A DNA stretch of 64,000 nt from Podarcis vaucheri (Eukaryota), in assembly GCA_965113315.1 (NCBI GenBank), contig OZ220374.1; one strand, given 5' to 3'. A program made the translations under genes and the position numbers. This document shows, piece after piece, positions 24,646 to 37,374 of the stretch. The notes under the pieces were generated by a model that did no database searches, was not told where the DNA came from, and saw only the letters and a program-made list of their open reading frames with translations. Position 1 is the first letter of the stretch, and each line of letters opens with the position of its first letter.

Positions 24646-25220
24646 AAAGGAAGACGCCAACATATCCAAAGGATGCTTTGTCAGTTGACAGGTATAGTGA
24701 AAAGCACCTTTTAGTGGGTTACTACTTCTGTTACCTCAGAATATGTCCATTATGCATAGTTTAAAATTTGCCCGAAGTTGAATATGGTGCTCCAAGCTCT
24801 AAGACTGCCATCCTGTGCACATTTAAACTGCTTAAAGCTACTTTCTGCAAATGTATTTAAGTAACTATTCATAGGATGTATGTCTGCTACTTATTATCTC
24901 TCTCCTCTTCCTTTGTTTGGGTTTATATTACTTTTGTAACAGTGCTGTACTTTATGTGACATGAGGGACTGTTGCTAAAAGGAGGTGAAGAAAGCAACCC
25001 CCACTGTGTGCACAAGACATTTGTTTGGAATCTCTTCATAATGAAAAGAAACCACATGTCTCTCTGTAGTTCCATGCCACAGGGTTCCTATGACCCATTT
25101 GATCAACTACTAGTTACCATTTCAGAGCAACTTATCTGTAGGTTAAGTTTCATTTTTCTTAGTTCTGACACCCAAAGATTTCTTCTTCATAAATGTGTTG
25201 CAACTTACGTGCATTTAACC

Positions 25221-25461
25221 CAGGGGGCAGCAAACGTTTTCAGCAGGGGGCCAGTCCACCTTCTTGTGGAGGGCCGGACTATATTTTTTTAAAAAACAGA
25301 ACAAATTCCTATGTCCCACAAATAACCCAGAGATGCATTTTAAATAAAAGCACACATTCTACTCATGTAAAAACATGCCGATTCCCAGATCGTCTGCGGG
25401 CCGGATTGAGAAGGCGATTGGGCCGCATACAGCCCCCGGGCCTTAGTTTTGCCTACCCATG
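25221..25461. mobile_element. hAT-type MITE
   Basis: Imperfect TIRs CAGGGGGCAGCAAAC / TTTGCCTACCCATG and an 8-bp TSD ATTTAAC(C/T) at 25213-25220 and 25462-25469. Confidence 0.85.
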
Positions 25462-26104
25462 ATTTAACTTGTGCACATTTAGCTTTACATGCTTGGCAAA
25501 AAAAAACCCAAAACAACAGACTTTGGCAATTCTACCCACCATTGAACCCAATGGGTTTTGACTATATGTGATTTTGGCTTTAGCTTCAATCCCTGGAACA
25601 TGACTGCCATGTAAATGGCAGGCTTACTATACTGTTAATTTAAGGAAAATACTTTTTCTTCATTTAGTCCGTTTATTTTACCAGTAATCTAGCTTTTGTG
25701 TAACATGATCCACATTCTGCTTATTAAAATAATGTATTGCATATAAAGCGGTTAAGAGTGTGAGCTGTGTCTACTCAGAAGCAAGTCCCCTCGAGTTAAA
25801 TGCTGTTTACTTCCAGATAAATCTGTAAAGGATCTGCCTTATTGGTGGCAGATACACAAGAAAGGAATTTGCAACTACAATTAATTACAAGCCTGGAGAA
25901 TTTACAGCAGTTTTCATTTCATAGAATGCTCTCAGAACATAACAAAGAGAACATAAATGCAAAATTTGTGTGATCACTCTGAGAGAGATACAGCTTTCTT
26001 GTGGCATACCCTACTGAGAATATAGTACTGAGATTACAAACATGTATTGCTAATTAATACCATAACCCCAAAGCTTTGTATAGATGTTAAAGTGGGTGTT
26101 AGGA

Positions 26105-26290
26105 AAGGGCATGACTCGTTGGTTAGAGAACATGCATGCTAAAGGTCACAAGTTCAATCGTTTGTTACTCCGCAGAGGGATGGGAAATCTCTCTTCTGAC
26201 GACAGAGCTACTGCCAGTCACTGTAACCAGTTCTGAGCCTGACAGAGCAATGGTCTGACTCAGTGTAAGGAAACTTTCTGTGTTTCTACC
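26105..26290 (+). mobile_element. Degenerate tRNA-derived SINE with CR1-like tail (Squam2-like)
   Basis: A/B-box remnants (TGGTTAGAG, GTTCAATC) and GCTACTGCCAGTCA...AATGGTCTGACTCAGTGTAAGG tail. Confidence 0.65.
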
Positions 26291-28039
26291 AAGCCAGCTG
26301 TGGTAGCATGTTTTCTGTGTTAAGTGGGGTAGCACTATTTCATGTGCAATATAAATGTTAATATATTTATTAACATTTGCATCAGCCGCAATGTAAATGT
26401 TAAGAGCAAAAGTTATAAACTGGAAATCCAAATTCAAATGGTTGTTCAGATTTCAGCTTATTGACCAGCCAAATCAAGCACTTCCCAGCTGTAGCCTCTC
26501 TCCGTATTTGTGTGGGGATAAAATACAGACCTCTCTTACAAAATTGATATAAGTATTACTGAAAATAATGTGAAGGGCATTTAAGGAAGCATTTAAGCAG
26601 TTAAGGATTTTTTTACGAAATTGCTGACGACCCATCTAAGGTTCACAATAGGTACCAATGTATCTGAAAACTTACTAAGATTGTGCATTGCTGAGTTTTC
26701 CCCAGTTGCACATATGTTTGGGTCTAATCATCTCTCATTTCTGTGCCACACGTAACTTTATGTGACTCAAAATGGCGCTCTAATCTGACCGATAATTTGC
26801 TAATATAATAACTTGTAAAGCCAATGGTTAAGAAAGAACCTGTTTGATCAGAAAGCAGTTTCTAACTGTAATTGCAACTACTGATTCCATACTAATCAAT
26901 TACAATGTTGTGCATCTTCCATTATTCAGATCCGTATTAACAAGTATCCCTGAAGCCTTCACATTTTCTCTACAGAAATGTGCTGATACCATCATTGTAA
27001 GTTTTACTCAGAGTAAACCCAGTGAAATTAATAGCCTTAACTTAGCCATGTTCATAAATTTCAATGAGTCCAATCTGACTGAGTACCAGCAATCAGTCAC
27101 AATGTAATTTAGGGATATAGCACTGTTACATTTGGCACACAAATTGTTTTACCCTTTAATTTAAAGGTATGTATGCCTCAATTAATACCTGATCAGATGA
27201 TCAAATAAAAATAATTGATAGTTTATATATTTTCCATAAACACTCTTCCAAATAGCCGGCTGAAAGTGGAAACTCTTTCCATGTCTGATTTCAGTGTATA
27301 AAATAAAACTAGTAAGTTTTGCTTGCATTGTGCTGGAGTGTTTTCTGTTCTCTATTTTGATATAAACTTCATGCCCTGAGTTCTAAAAGTAAAATGAAAA
27401 GTAAAATTGGAATTTACTGCTGGGGCTTCTAGGAGGAATATTTTGTCCTTGCTATAAGCTAAAGAGATAAAGAAACTAGCAGGTGCAGGAACAGCTTAGT
27501 GATAGGCTACAAAGAAACACAATGCAATGACTGCTTACAAATAGTATACAAGACGAACTATTCCCCCCATCCATTAGTTTCATTTAGTTAATAAAATTAG
27601 TATTTTATATAAAGTAACACCCCATTCCATTATACCATAGCAAAATATTATTCCACGTGTACACCAATGTTTTCTAAGCCATCTGTCCATAGCCTCTTTA
27701 AAATATAAACACACACCATTTATTCTGAAATTTGTACAGTTAATGAGTACGTGCACCCTTGATTTAAGATAGACATTTTCCTCTAATAGCCACGTCCCAA
27801 AACTTACTCAACCAGTCTTTAATTGCCAGAATATTGTGTTTCCCACTTAATTTGGCTAAACTAATATTTATTGCCACCAGCATGAGATGGATCAAGTCAT
27901 GATGTTAATTTTGATTAATATTTTTCAGAATATAGCCTAATAGTAGTAATACAGTGGGTACCTCTTGTAGCACCATCCAAAAAATTTTCAGTGAACATTT
28001 GCAGGGTGGAATCTGTAGAGAGCTTTGATCTATGTTGTG

Positions 28040-28580
28040 GCAGGTTCCTAATACTGATCCAATTCCCGATCCACAAGAGGACCTCTTCTTTTATTCCATG
28101 ATTACTAAACTTTTTAAACCAGATCACCTCTTTCTATATGCTTGTTGACACTCTTAAGAAAAATTCTAAAAGGTCCATGAGAAAATATTTGTCCTTGTAG
28201 AAGCCATGCTGAGTCTTCTTCAGTGAGGCTTGTTCTACATGCTTAGTTATTTTATCTTTAACAATATTTCCCAGTTTTCCTAGGGCAGTCATTAAGGTAA
28301 CCGGACTGCAGTTTCCAGGGTCCTTCCCCCCCACCCCGCTTCCAATCCCTTTTAGAAATTGATATTATATTGGCTACTTTCCAGTCCTTAGGTATGAAAG
28401 CTGATCTGAGGGACAAGCTATATGTTTTTGTCAGAACACCAGCAATTTCACATTTCAGTTCTTTGAGAGCTCTCGGGTGGATTCCATCTGGATCTGGCGA
28501 TTTGTTGGTTTTTATTTTATCTATTAGGCCTGGGATTTCATCTTTCATCACCACTATCTGCCTCAGTTCCTCAGATTTAG
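28040..28580 (-). mobile_element. CR1 LINE RT fragment
   Basis: ORF track: KSPDPDGIHPRALKELKCEIA...IPKDWKVANI, DPGNCSPVTL...GKL, QHGF...DLLEFF, LLWIGNW; frameshifted. Confidence 0.9.
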
Positions 28581-29634
28581 GCCCATTAATTTCACAGCGT
28601 CTACTTAGATATAACCCATAGATTCTCATTTAGAATTCCTATGTCTACATTTCCATACCATTCAGTATGTTTGCATTCCAAGTTTTAGCCCATTACAGAG
28701 AAGCAATTTGTGATATGGAGGTATATGCATTTTTAGAACACTAATATTGATTGCTTTTGATTGATATCTGTTTATCACCACGCTAGGTACTACATAATTT
28801 TTTGTTTCAGGTTCATTACTTTATCACAGTACTCTCTTAATTTATCCTTAACCATGATATTCCAGGAAAGATACCTAAATTGTTGTATGACGATTCAAAA
28901 CAACAATGAATCCCTTTCATTATGATTTGGTGATTTGATCGTTTATTGTCAAAAGATTTTAACTGTATCCAACCACAATCTGGATACTTTGTCAAGGACT
29001 GGATGTGCTTGACATATGCTTCCATGGTTGAAATCCTATTCAGAATTCAGATTAATGAATGCAAAGGACACAAAAAGTCTGACTGGTCACCTATTTTAGA
29101 ATGTGAACTTTGTTTTAGAGTTGATTGAGAAATCACTTAAAGTTGTGTACTTGGACTAAAATCAGTTTAATTTGGATTAAACAAGTATAAATACAGGTTC
29201 AGAATTTTAAATAGCTTGCTGATTACATTGTAAGAGGGTGATATCCAATTGTGGCTGTCTTCCAGTAGAATGGACTTTTGCTGGTGCGATAGGACTTCCC
29301 TTTTCCCCCTCTCCCACATGAAACAGTATACGGTACCTAAAATCTAATTTTAAGCCTTTGGGACTGTTCTGAACCAAGTGGTTTGTGAGCCACCTATTTA
29401 TTCGTGGTATCGGAACTAAAAAGTCTTAAATGCACAGATATTGTCTTAACTAGCTTGTGGCCTGTACTCAAACTTCAGTGAAGTAATTGTCTTAACTCTT
29501 AAAGCTAATGCAAGTAGAAAGAGAAGGCAAACTAAGAGCAAAGTTATTCTGGAGTAGTGTCACTGGTGTCCACGAGACTGTATTGGATGAATTGGCTTAA
29601 AGACTACAAGCTTGGGGCTGATTCACATTCATGC

Positions 29635-29990
29635 ATATTTATTTTATCTATATTAATTCCCAGTATACAGCCTTGCATCCAAATCTCTCTAGATGTTGTA
29701 CAAGAAGATGAATAAATCGGCCATTTCAATTAAAACAAATATAAATACATACATAGGACTGGAGCAAGGGCATCAAACCTGCAACTTTATTGTCTAAAGG
29801 ACTGAACAAACAGCCAAACTTTCACCTGATACCTGAAGGTCAACCAAGTGAGTGGTAGATGAATTTCAGGGGGGAAGGAATTCCAGGGCTATGGTGGCAC
29901 CACACACAAAGAAGGCCCATTAAATGTCCTCACCAAATTAACTGCTGCCAGTGGAGAAACATTGAGAAGGGTCTCCCTGGATGATCTCAT
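29635..29990 (-). mobile_element. Old L2 3' fragment
   Basis: Reverse strand reads GGGCCTTCT...TGCCACC...TGGAATTCCTTCCCC (AF..AP..WNS.P-like), followed by a UTR-like tail. Confidence 0.55.
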
Positions 29991-32199
29991 ACACAGCTCA
30001 TCACTGGATAGTCATTAGCTGAACTGCAACGTAATAACAGTTCTTGAAATAATGCAAAGGGATGCAAAAGCATGCAATTGCTTGATCCGTGGTGGGTGTT
30101 TTACACATGCAGATAATCACTTGCATGTGTTGGGGATACTGAGTGATAAAGATGCATGTGTGAAGTCACCAGCAATAAATATTATGTGTCTCTGGCCAAG
30201 CCCACAGACACACTGAATGTTAAATTATTCCACCTTCAGCTGCACTCCTTGAAATAACTCTGTTGTATAACACTGTTATGTTTCAGGCCTCATGCTCTTT
30301 ATTTCTAACACAATAATCTATTCTGTGCATTGCTGGCTGTTATAAATATTTTATACATTTCACCCCATTACCATTTTCTGCACACACTCTTTGGTATTTG
30401 TGTTTACTTCAGTAGACGTCAGCCTATATTTCTCTATGTAACTTTGATGCTTTGTTCTGGTGTTATAGTAAGGTGTGTGTGCGTTTAATACACTTGTTTT
30501 TTCTGAGCATTTACTAATTTGTACTCTTTCTGTGTTCAAAGTTCATAATGCTGCATTTTTCATTGTGCATGTTATGAAAGAATCATCTTCCTGTTGCCTA
30601 TTTAGGAAAACTCCTTAAGTTTATATGACAGCACCCTCATTTCTTGTTTTTTAAAAATACATTTGCATTTGAGGTAACACAAGTAAAGATTCTGCCAGTC
30701 ATACACATCAATTAATAATTAGTCTGATCCAGAAGCCAATTATGTTGCTGTACTTGGGTTAAAGAATGAAGGAGTAAGATGAAAGTATCTTGTATTTCAA
30801 GTTGTCTGGCTTAACTGGTCTCTGGATCACAGCCAGCATGTTTGTGAACTTGTATTCCACCCCACCCCCTATCATTATCAGTATATAAGCATCTATCCCC
30901 TTGGATTGTTTGCAGACTGTTTCTTCCTATCTGCCAGTGTGGTCTTCTTCCTTCTCTAGCTGGTACAGCATGTGCATTATAGTGCTCATAATTATAATTA
31001 TTATAGTTGCAAATAAATAATTTACCACCTTCTGTACTTTTCTGTCCCTAAGCACTGGTCTTCCTTCCACCAATGTGGAAGGTATACTAAATTCCATTTC
31101 AACCAGCGACCAATAGCTTTTCTAACTTGGAAAGTGTTCAGTACCACATTTTCATGTATTTGACTGTTCATTATTATTGTGAATTTATTCACGTGAACAA
31201 AGATAAACAGCATTAGACATTTTTTCTAGGTTATTAAAGATGACTATGTCTCCCCAGTTTCATACTGTCTTTGTACTATTGTTCATTTCCAACTTTTCAT
31301 CCCAAACGGCAGCATTCAGTCCTTCTCTCTGTTGGATGAATGCAGCACTGGGACAGGATGACAAGGGTCCTATTCTTGTAATATTCTTTCACCTTTAAGG
31401 AGTTGTTTTAATGCTCCTCTGCCTTCACTTTCACCCCTCCCTCAGTGCAAAACAAAAATTGAAGTATATGAAGTTCCTTACACTGTCAGATCATAACTCC
31501 TGTGTCGTGGTACCCTGTCCATTTCCCCCATTTGATAGAAAAAGACTTCAAATGTCAACTTAACCTATTGTAGCCAACATGATTTACATCCAAATAAACA
31601 TGCTTAGGTTTAAGCCTGAAAGTTCTCTTGGTTAATCCATTTTTATTACTAGGTTTCTTGCACTTACAATCTGCAAGACACTTCATGTAAGATACCTGTC
31701 ACCTTAACTATGGACAGTATCACTATTTACAATACCAGACACAGAAGTACACTGGAGTCTCAATATGGAATGACTCCATTGAATGACTTCCAATTGTTAC
31801 CTTTTGACATGTTGCTAAGGACCCCCTACAAATGGGCGCAATCTGGCTTTTGCTAGGCTTGTAGACCCCAGCCCTAGAGATCCGAATTATTCTGCTTGTT
31901 AGTGGCACGCTCCCAAGAAAAGCATCTTCAATGCAACCTGTTCTTTGTGCAGAACTACTTCCATGGAAATACAACGCAGTGCACACGTATCCGTGTTTAC
32001 AACAGGCAACGTTGCCTGCCCAAATGTAATATTTGCTTGGAGCCGGGTCACCTGAACTGGCATGTAGACTGCAGATCTGCTGATACCCTGCCAACTTTTC
32101 GAAAGGAGAACTTTCACCTCTAAAGTTCCCCCCCCGCCCCCAAACAAGAGTATACACAGGCGCACTACATCCTGTCTCCCTAGCTATGGAACCATGACT

Positions 32200-32442
32200 G
32201 CCAGCCATATGCTTCCATGCCTCGCAGGCACCTGCTCTCCTTCTCTCCCCACCCCCCGGTCCCCGGCGATCTCGCTGCCCGCACAGATGCCCGCGTTCTT
32301 CCGATTCCTACTTTGTTTCCAAGTCTGTTGAGTGCGCTACCGGAGTTGCCTCTCTTCGCCTTTGGCACCCGATGGGCGTGCGTGCGCCCTTGCCCTCTCC
32401 TGCTTAGGTCATGGCTGCTACCGGGCTGATGTTGGGAAGGCG

Positions 32443-32476
<34 letters not shown>

Positions 32477-33550
32477 ATCGCACGGTTGCAAGACTCTAGT
32501 AGCGCCTGCTGTTCCTTGCTTTCCCTTCCCCGGCTCCTTGATTCCTCTTCCCCTCTCCACAGACTCTCCAACCCCTGCGCGCCCTCTCTCGTTGGGCAAG
32601 GAAGGTGGCCTCCGCTTCTGCCGCCGCTGTTTTTGGCCTGTCCCTCTCGCCAGCCCGTTCCGCACTCCCTAATCGTTTTCGCCTCGTGCAGCTGCCGGCG
32701 GCATCTCTTCCCCTCTCCCAGTTTTCGCATTGCTCCCTGTTATTCTGGGTATTGTGTGTAATAAATGCACAGCCGCCTCACACTAATCAAGCTGATTACA
32801 AATTCTTGCGCGCCCTGTGCCGGAAATCGCACACCCCTCGGCTCTCTCTTTTCCCCTCCCTTTGCCTCTCTCTCTCTTTCTCTCTCCCCCCCCCTCACTT
32901 TTAACCCCCTCCCCCTTCAGCCTTAACCCTCCAGCCCCCTTTTTTAATCCAATTCCCCTTCTAGATGTCCTTTCTCCCTTCCACCCCCCCTCCCGCCCCA
33001 GTTTACTCCACCGCCGCCGCCGCCACCTCCTCCTCCTCCTGCTTGTCTCTGTGTCTCTCTCTCCCTCCCAGGACGCGTCGGATGATCCGGGGCCGCCGGG
33101 GAAGAGCTCCAGGCAGCAGCAGGGAGGCTACGTCCTCCTCCTGTCTTGGGCTGTATACATATTTTTTAAAAAAAGCAAGGGGGGGGAGCCGGTGGCCCTC
33201 GGTGTTATTTTGTATTAAAATGAGGAGGAGGAGAAGGAGGAAGAAGCGGCGGCGGCGGCGGCAGCAGGAGCAGAAAGCAATAGAGGAAGGAGCAGGAGAA
33301 GGGACGGCGGCAGCGGCGGCAGCAGCAGGAGCAGGAGGAGGAGTGATGAGTCAACTAATAATTTAATGGGGACAGAGAGAGAGAGGGAGAGCGCGAGCGA
33401 GCGAGAGGGAGAGCGAGCAAGCAAGCAAGCAACGAACGTCCGGGGGACACACACTCACACACACACACGCAAACACGCAGACACACCACCCTGTAACATC
33501 CAGCAACAACCACCAAACCGGCCTAAATAACCATAATAGCCAGCCGAGGG
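32200..33550 (+). promoter_or_regulatory. CpG island, proximal SATB1 promoter
   Basis: CpG-rich, with pyrimidine tracts, an ETS-like CCGGAAAT (~32820) and an AP-1 site TGAGTCA (33347-33353); lies directly upstream of the 5' UTR exon. Confidence 0.8.
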
Positions 33551-34429
33551 ACAACAAGAATTTTGAAAGCTCACAGGATTTATTTTGTTATTACTATTTG
33601 GGGTAACCTGATTTTCCCTTCTTGCACCCTCCTCTCATCTTCTATCCCCAGCTTTCGTTTCTCCCTAAGTCTTCGGAAGTAGATTTATTTTTTTATTTTA
33701 TTTTTTTAATTCTCCGAAGTGAAGTGATTTTTTTGATATATTTTTTTTTTACTTTTGGTGGTGACTGTTTCCTTCCGCTCCCCCTCCCTCCCTCCCTCCC
33801 CAAACGCAATCTCTCTGGGTTAATGAGGAAGGAGAAGCATTCTGCATTATTATGATGATGATTATAAAAAAAAACCCCGAACAGCAAGGACAATAGTGAA
33901 ACTGAATTTTAGTGCCTTTACTGGAACTTTTCTAATATCCTTTTTACGTTTTTTTGCTATGTTTCTTTTTCTATGGAGGGTTTATGCAGAAAGTTTTTGG
34001 ATTAGTTTTTTGGGGGGAAGGGGGAAGGGATGTCTTTAGCTTCTATTTTTTTGTGTGCCTGTGTCTTATTAGAAAATAATTGTAAGGGACAAGATCAATA
34101 CATTTTCTGTTTTCAGAAATATTAGGCAGAAGAGCTGTTTCATTTCCTCCCCATCTTCATTCTCTGATTTACACTTTTTTGAAAGCAGAGTTAGACAGGT
34201 TACCACTTATCTCAGTTTTACTTTTCTTTTCCTTTAATAGAAACTTTTATTATTGTGAGCATTACACTTGTCTGGTTAATTTTTTAGACTTTTTCATTCC
34301 CCGTTATTGGAGAGACTACGATTCTCAGTACATTAATTGGAATCTCTGCCCTTCCCCCCCCTCCGCTTCTTGCCTCCCCCTCCCATGGCTGTGATGCTTT
34401 GCTTATGTGTTTCCCCTTCCCCAGAAAAA

Positions 34430-34594
34430 TAGAATTTTGGGAGGGAGGTATCCTCCAGGTTTCCTTAATTTCTTTTGATTAAAAAAGGACTTAGAAAACA
34501 TCAGACTTGAGCTTCTTCCTCCTCTTCAAGAGATCGGTGTGCAAAGGAAATCTCCTTTGTTTCCATTATTTATATGCTGTCAAGTTTTGAAGTG
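34430..34594 (+). other. SATB1: SATB1 non-coding first exon, 3' part (5' boundary uncertain; may extend back into the CpG island)
   Basis: ...GCAAAGGAAATCTCCTTTGTT...TGCTGTCAAGTTTTGAAGTG|gtgagt ends in a consensus donor. Joined to 37139 it gives GAAGTG-GTGATCTTTAGA, which matches my recollection of the mammalian SATB1 5' UTR. Confidence 0.8.
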
Positions 34595-37163
34595 GTGAGT
34601 TTCAGGTCTTTTTATAAAATTTCGCTCAAAACTGCAGTGTTCCTGTTTCTAGATAGTGTTTTGCTTCTTTGTCTCTTTAAAAGGTCACAGTGAAAGCTTG
34701 GCCTGGATTATGACAGCCATATGGAATGGATAAGAACAGAGCCTCTCTTAAATGTGATTAAGGGGTTTTATCTAGAGAGAGGAGGAGGGGAAAGAGAAGA
34801 AAGGGGAGGGGGCTAACTCTCAAAGTGTTGAAGGTATAATACAATACTCCATTCTCCTAGAGGAAGGATGGCTCTGACAGCTGAGTTCCATTTTTTTTAG
34901 AAGAAAAATGCTTAGAATGTCATATTGCTATGCTAGTAGGGCACTTAGGAAATTGTACCTTGAAACTAATGTTTGTGCTGGAAACTTGTGCATAGAACAA
35001 ATGCTTGAAGGTGAAACAGGAAGAAGCTTTTGGCCCTGTCATCTTCAGAGTTGTTATAGGCAAACCATGTTGACAGTTGCTCATTACTATTTCAGGTGGA
35101 GGTTTTGATGAACTTTAGCATAGAGTTCAAAATTAGTAAATTAGGTGTTTTATGTGCACACAATCTTGCTTTGCGACACAAATCTTTTTGCAAGGTGGCT
35201 GAGCTAAAAGGATTCATAGTGGGCGGGTCTTTGAAGTCCAATTTAAAACGACCTGCTCCATGTGTTTAAGCAATATACATTAAATGAATGGTAATCTTAT
35301 CACTTTTGCTGGTTGGGCAGGAGGTAATGGCGAGCTGGCTTGTGATGGCTATTCTTTCTAGCAGGTGAGTGTTAGTTTTTAGAGAGTGACAGGGACTTGC
35401 CTGTTTGAGTACAAGAGAAAAACTAGAATCTCAGACAAAGTGTTCTGGTAAAGCACTACCAAATGCTATAGATGTTGGTAATTTAGATGTGCAGTTTTGG
35501 GTTAAATAGCAGTTAATGTAATGAAAAAGAATAATCTTGATTAAAAAAAGTGATTAAAGTAGGCATATTTATTGTTAATGAGACTCATAACCAAAAACAG
35601 ATGGGACCACAATCAACGGTAAACCTTTGGTTCTCAGCATGTCACCCTAGAGTGTAAGGATAAATAACCATTATATTCTAAACTTTATAGTTATTCAGCT
35701 GGCATTCTTAAGGTTGCATCTAAACCTTCAGATAAACACAGTGTTCATGCAAGACAAAGCAGTGTATGATTAAACAAGAAACAAATTACAATAGGGATAT
35801 ACAGCATAGTCACCAAAATGAAGATTTCGTCAGAACTGGAGAAGTGTAATTGATTTATTCTGCATTCTGTATTCATAAGTCTCTTTCTTCCTATTTAATT
35901 GTACCTTCCCTGCCCCCATGTTTGAGTGTTTATGCTCAGTGGTGTAAGTACTGTTTCATAAATGACTGGTCACCTGTTCTTAGAGATCATACTGGATATA
36001 TATATATATATAATAAAGCAGGCATTGTAGATAAACCTTAATTAGGAAAGGTGGCAGAGACCATATTTTAAAGTAAGTATTCATCCAGAAGGAAAGTACC
36101 ATCAAAACCTTTCACACATTTTCAAAGGAGTCAACAGCTTCTTTCCCTCTCTCTGTGACATGTCAGTATTAACAGTACTTATCTGTAACTTTTACTGTGT
36201 ATCATTGAACATGACGATTTAAAAACGAATTAGCAATCATGGTGAACTGAATTAAAATTTCAAAAGCAGTGGTGTCTGTTTCAGTATTGAATATATCGTA
36301 AGTTGTATGTAGTTTTGTTATTTCATTTCACATCTCTTGTCAGTGTTCTAATATTTATCAAAAATGTATCAGGGATTTCTTTAAGTGTTGAAAGGTTTGT
36401 AATATGATTTCCCCAAAAAGTTCTGATTGTCCAAAGAGACATGCTTTTTCCACGTGACTTTTATAAAATGTGATAGTTGCCCTAGCATTTCTTAACTCTG
36501 CTGCTGAATATGGAAAACACATACCTACATCTTTTTATTTGTTGTTGATCAACCTAATTCCTAAGTTTAAAAAGTTAAGCTACATAAAAGAAATTCCCAG
36601 AGACTGTTGAGCAATGGGAACCTGGGTATTTTTAAATATTAAAAGATACGTATGGATGTATCATATTACTAGTTTGATCTGTTGCATGCCTAGCTGAAAG
36701 TCTTATCCTCTTTATTCCTAAGGAGAAAACAATATACGACTTCTCTTTATTAAACAGAAATATTTTGATAAAGTAAGAAATTTGGTGCAAAAGCATAACC
36801 CTACAACATACACCTGAGAGACCTATAGCAGTGGGTATATTACTGTGTGAATGCTACTTAATCAGTCACACCTACTATTCTCACTCTTGAATTCTTAATG
36901 ATAAAAATCCTGTATATACTGTAAATCAGTTAATGTATTTAGTAGGTTTAGAAATTCGTAAGATTTTGAGATAATTTGACAATGAAGCAAATTTCCTGAG
37001 AGTGTATTTTTTCCTTAAGATACATATTTAATATTATGTGAACATGCTATACAGATGTATCATGTACATGTGTAAAGCTGCCTACATAAAACTACGCACG
37101 CGTATACAACACATATATATTTTTTTAAATCATGGCAGGTGATCTTTAGAGGCGGGACTGAGT

Positions 37164-37374
37164 ATGGATCATTTGAACGAGACAACTCAGGGGAAAGAAC
37201 ATTCAGAAATGTCTAACAATGTAAGCGATCCGAAGGGTCCACCAGCCAAAATTGCCCGCTTGGAGCAGAATGGGAGCCCGTTAGGAAGAGGAAGACTTGG
37301 AAGTACAGGAACTAAAATGCAAGGAGTGCCTTTAAAACACTCTGGACATCTGATGAAAACACATGCTAGAAAAG
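37164..37374 (+). CDS. SATB1: SATB1 first coding exon (exon starts at 37139; residues 1-70 including the NLS)
   Basis: Translates [49 protein letters not shown]...RK, recognisably the SATB1 N-terminus. Acceptor cag ends at 37138; in-frame TGA at 37140-37142 upstream of the ATG; donor AAG|gtaaca at 37375; 211 coding nt, phase 1. Confidence 0.98.

Noticed and set aside
36000-37100. AT-rich stretches as SATB1 autoregulatory base-unpairing regions
   Set aside because: AT richness is the background of this locus and cannot be distinguished without binding data.
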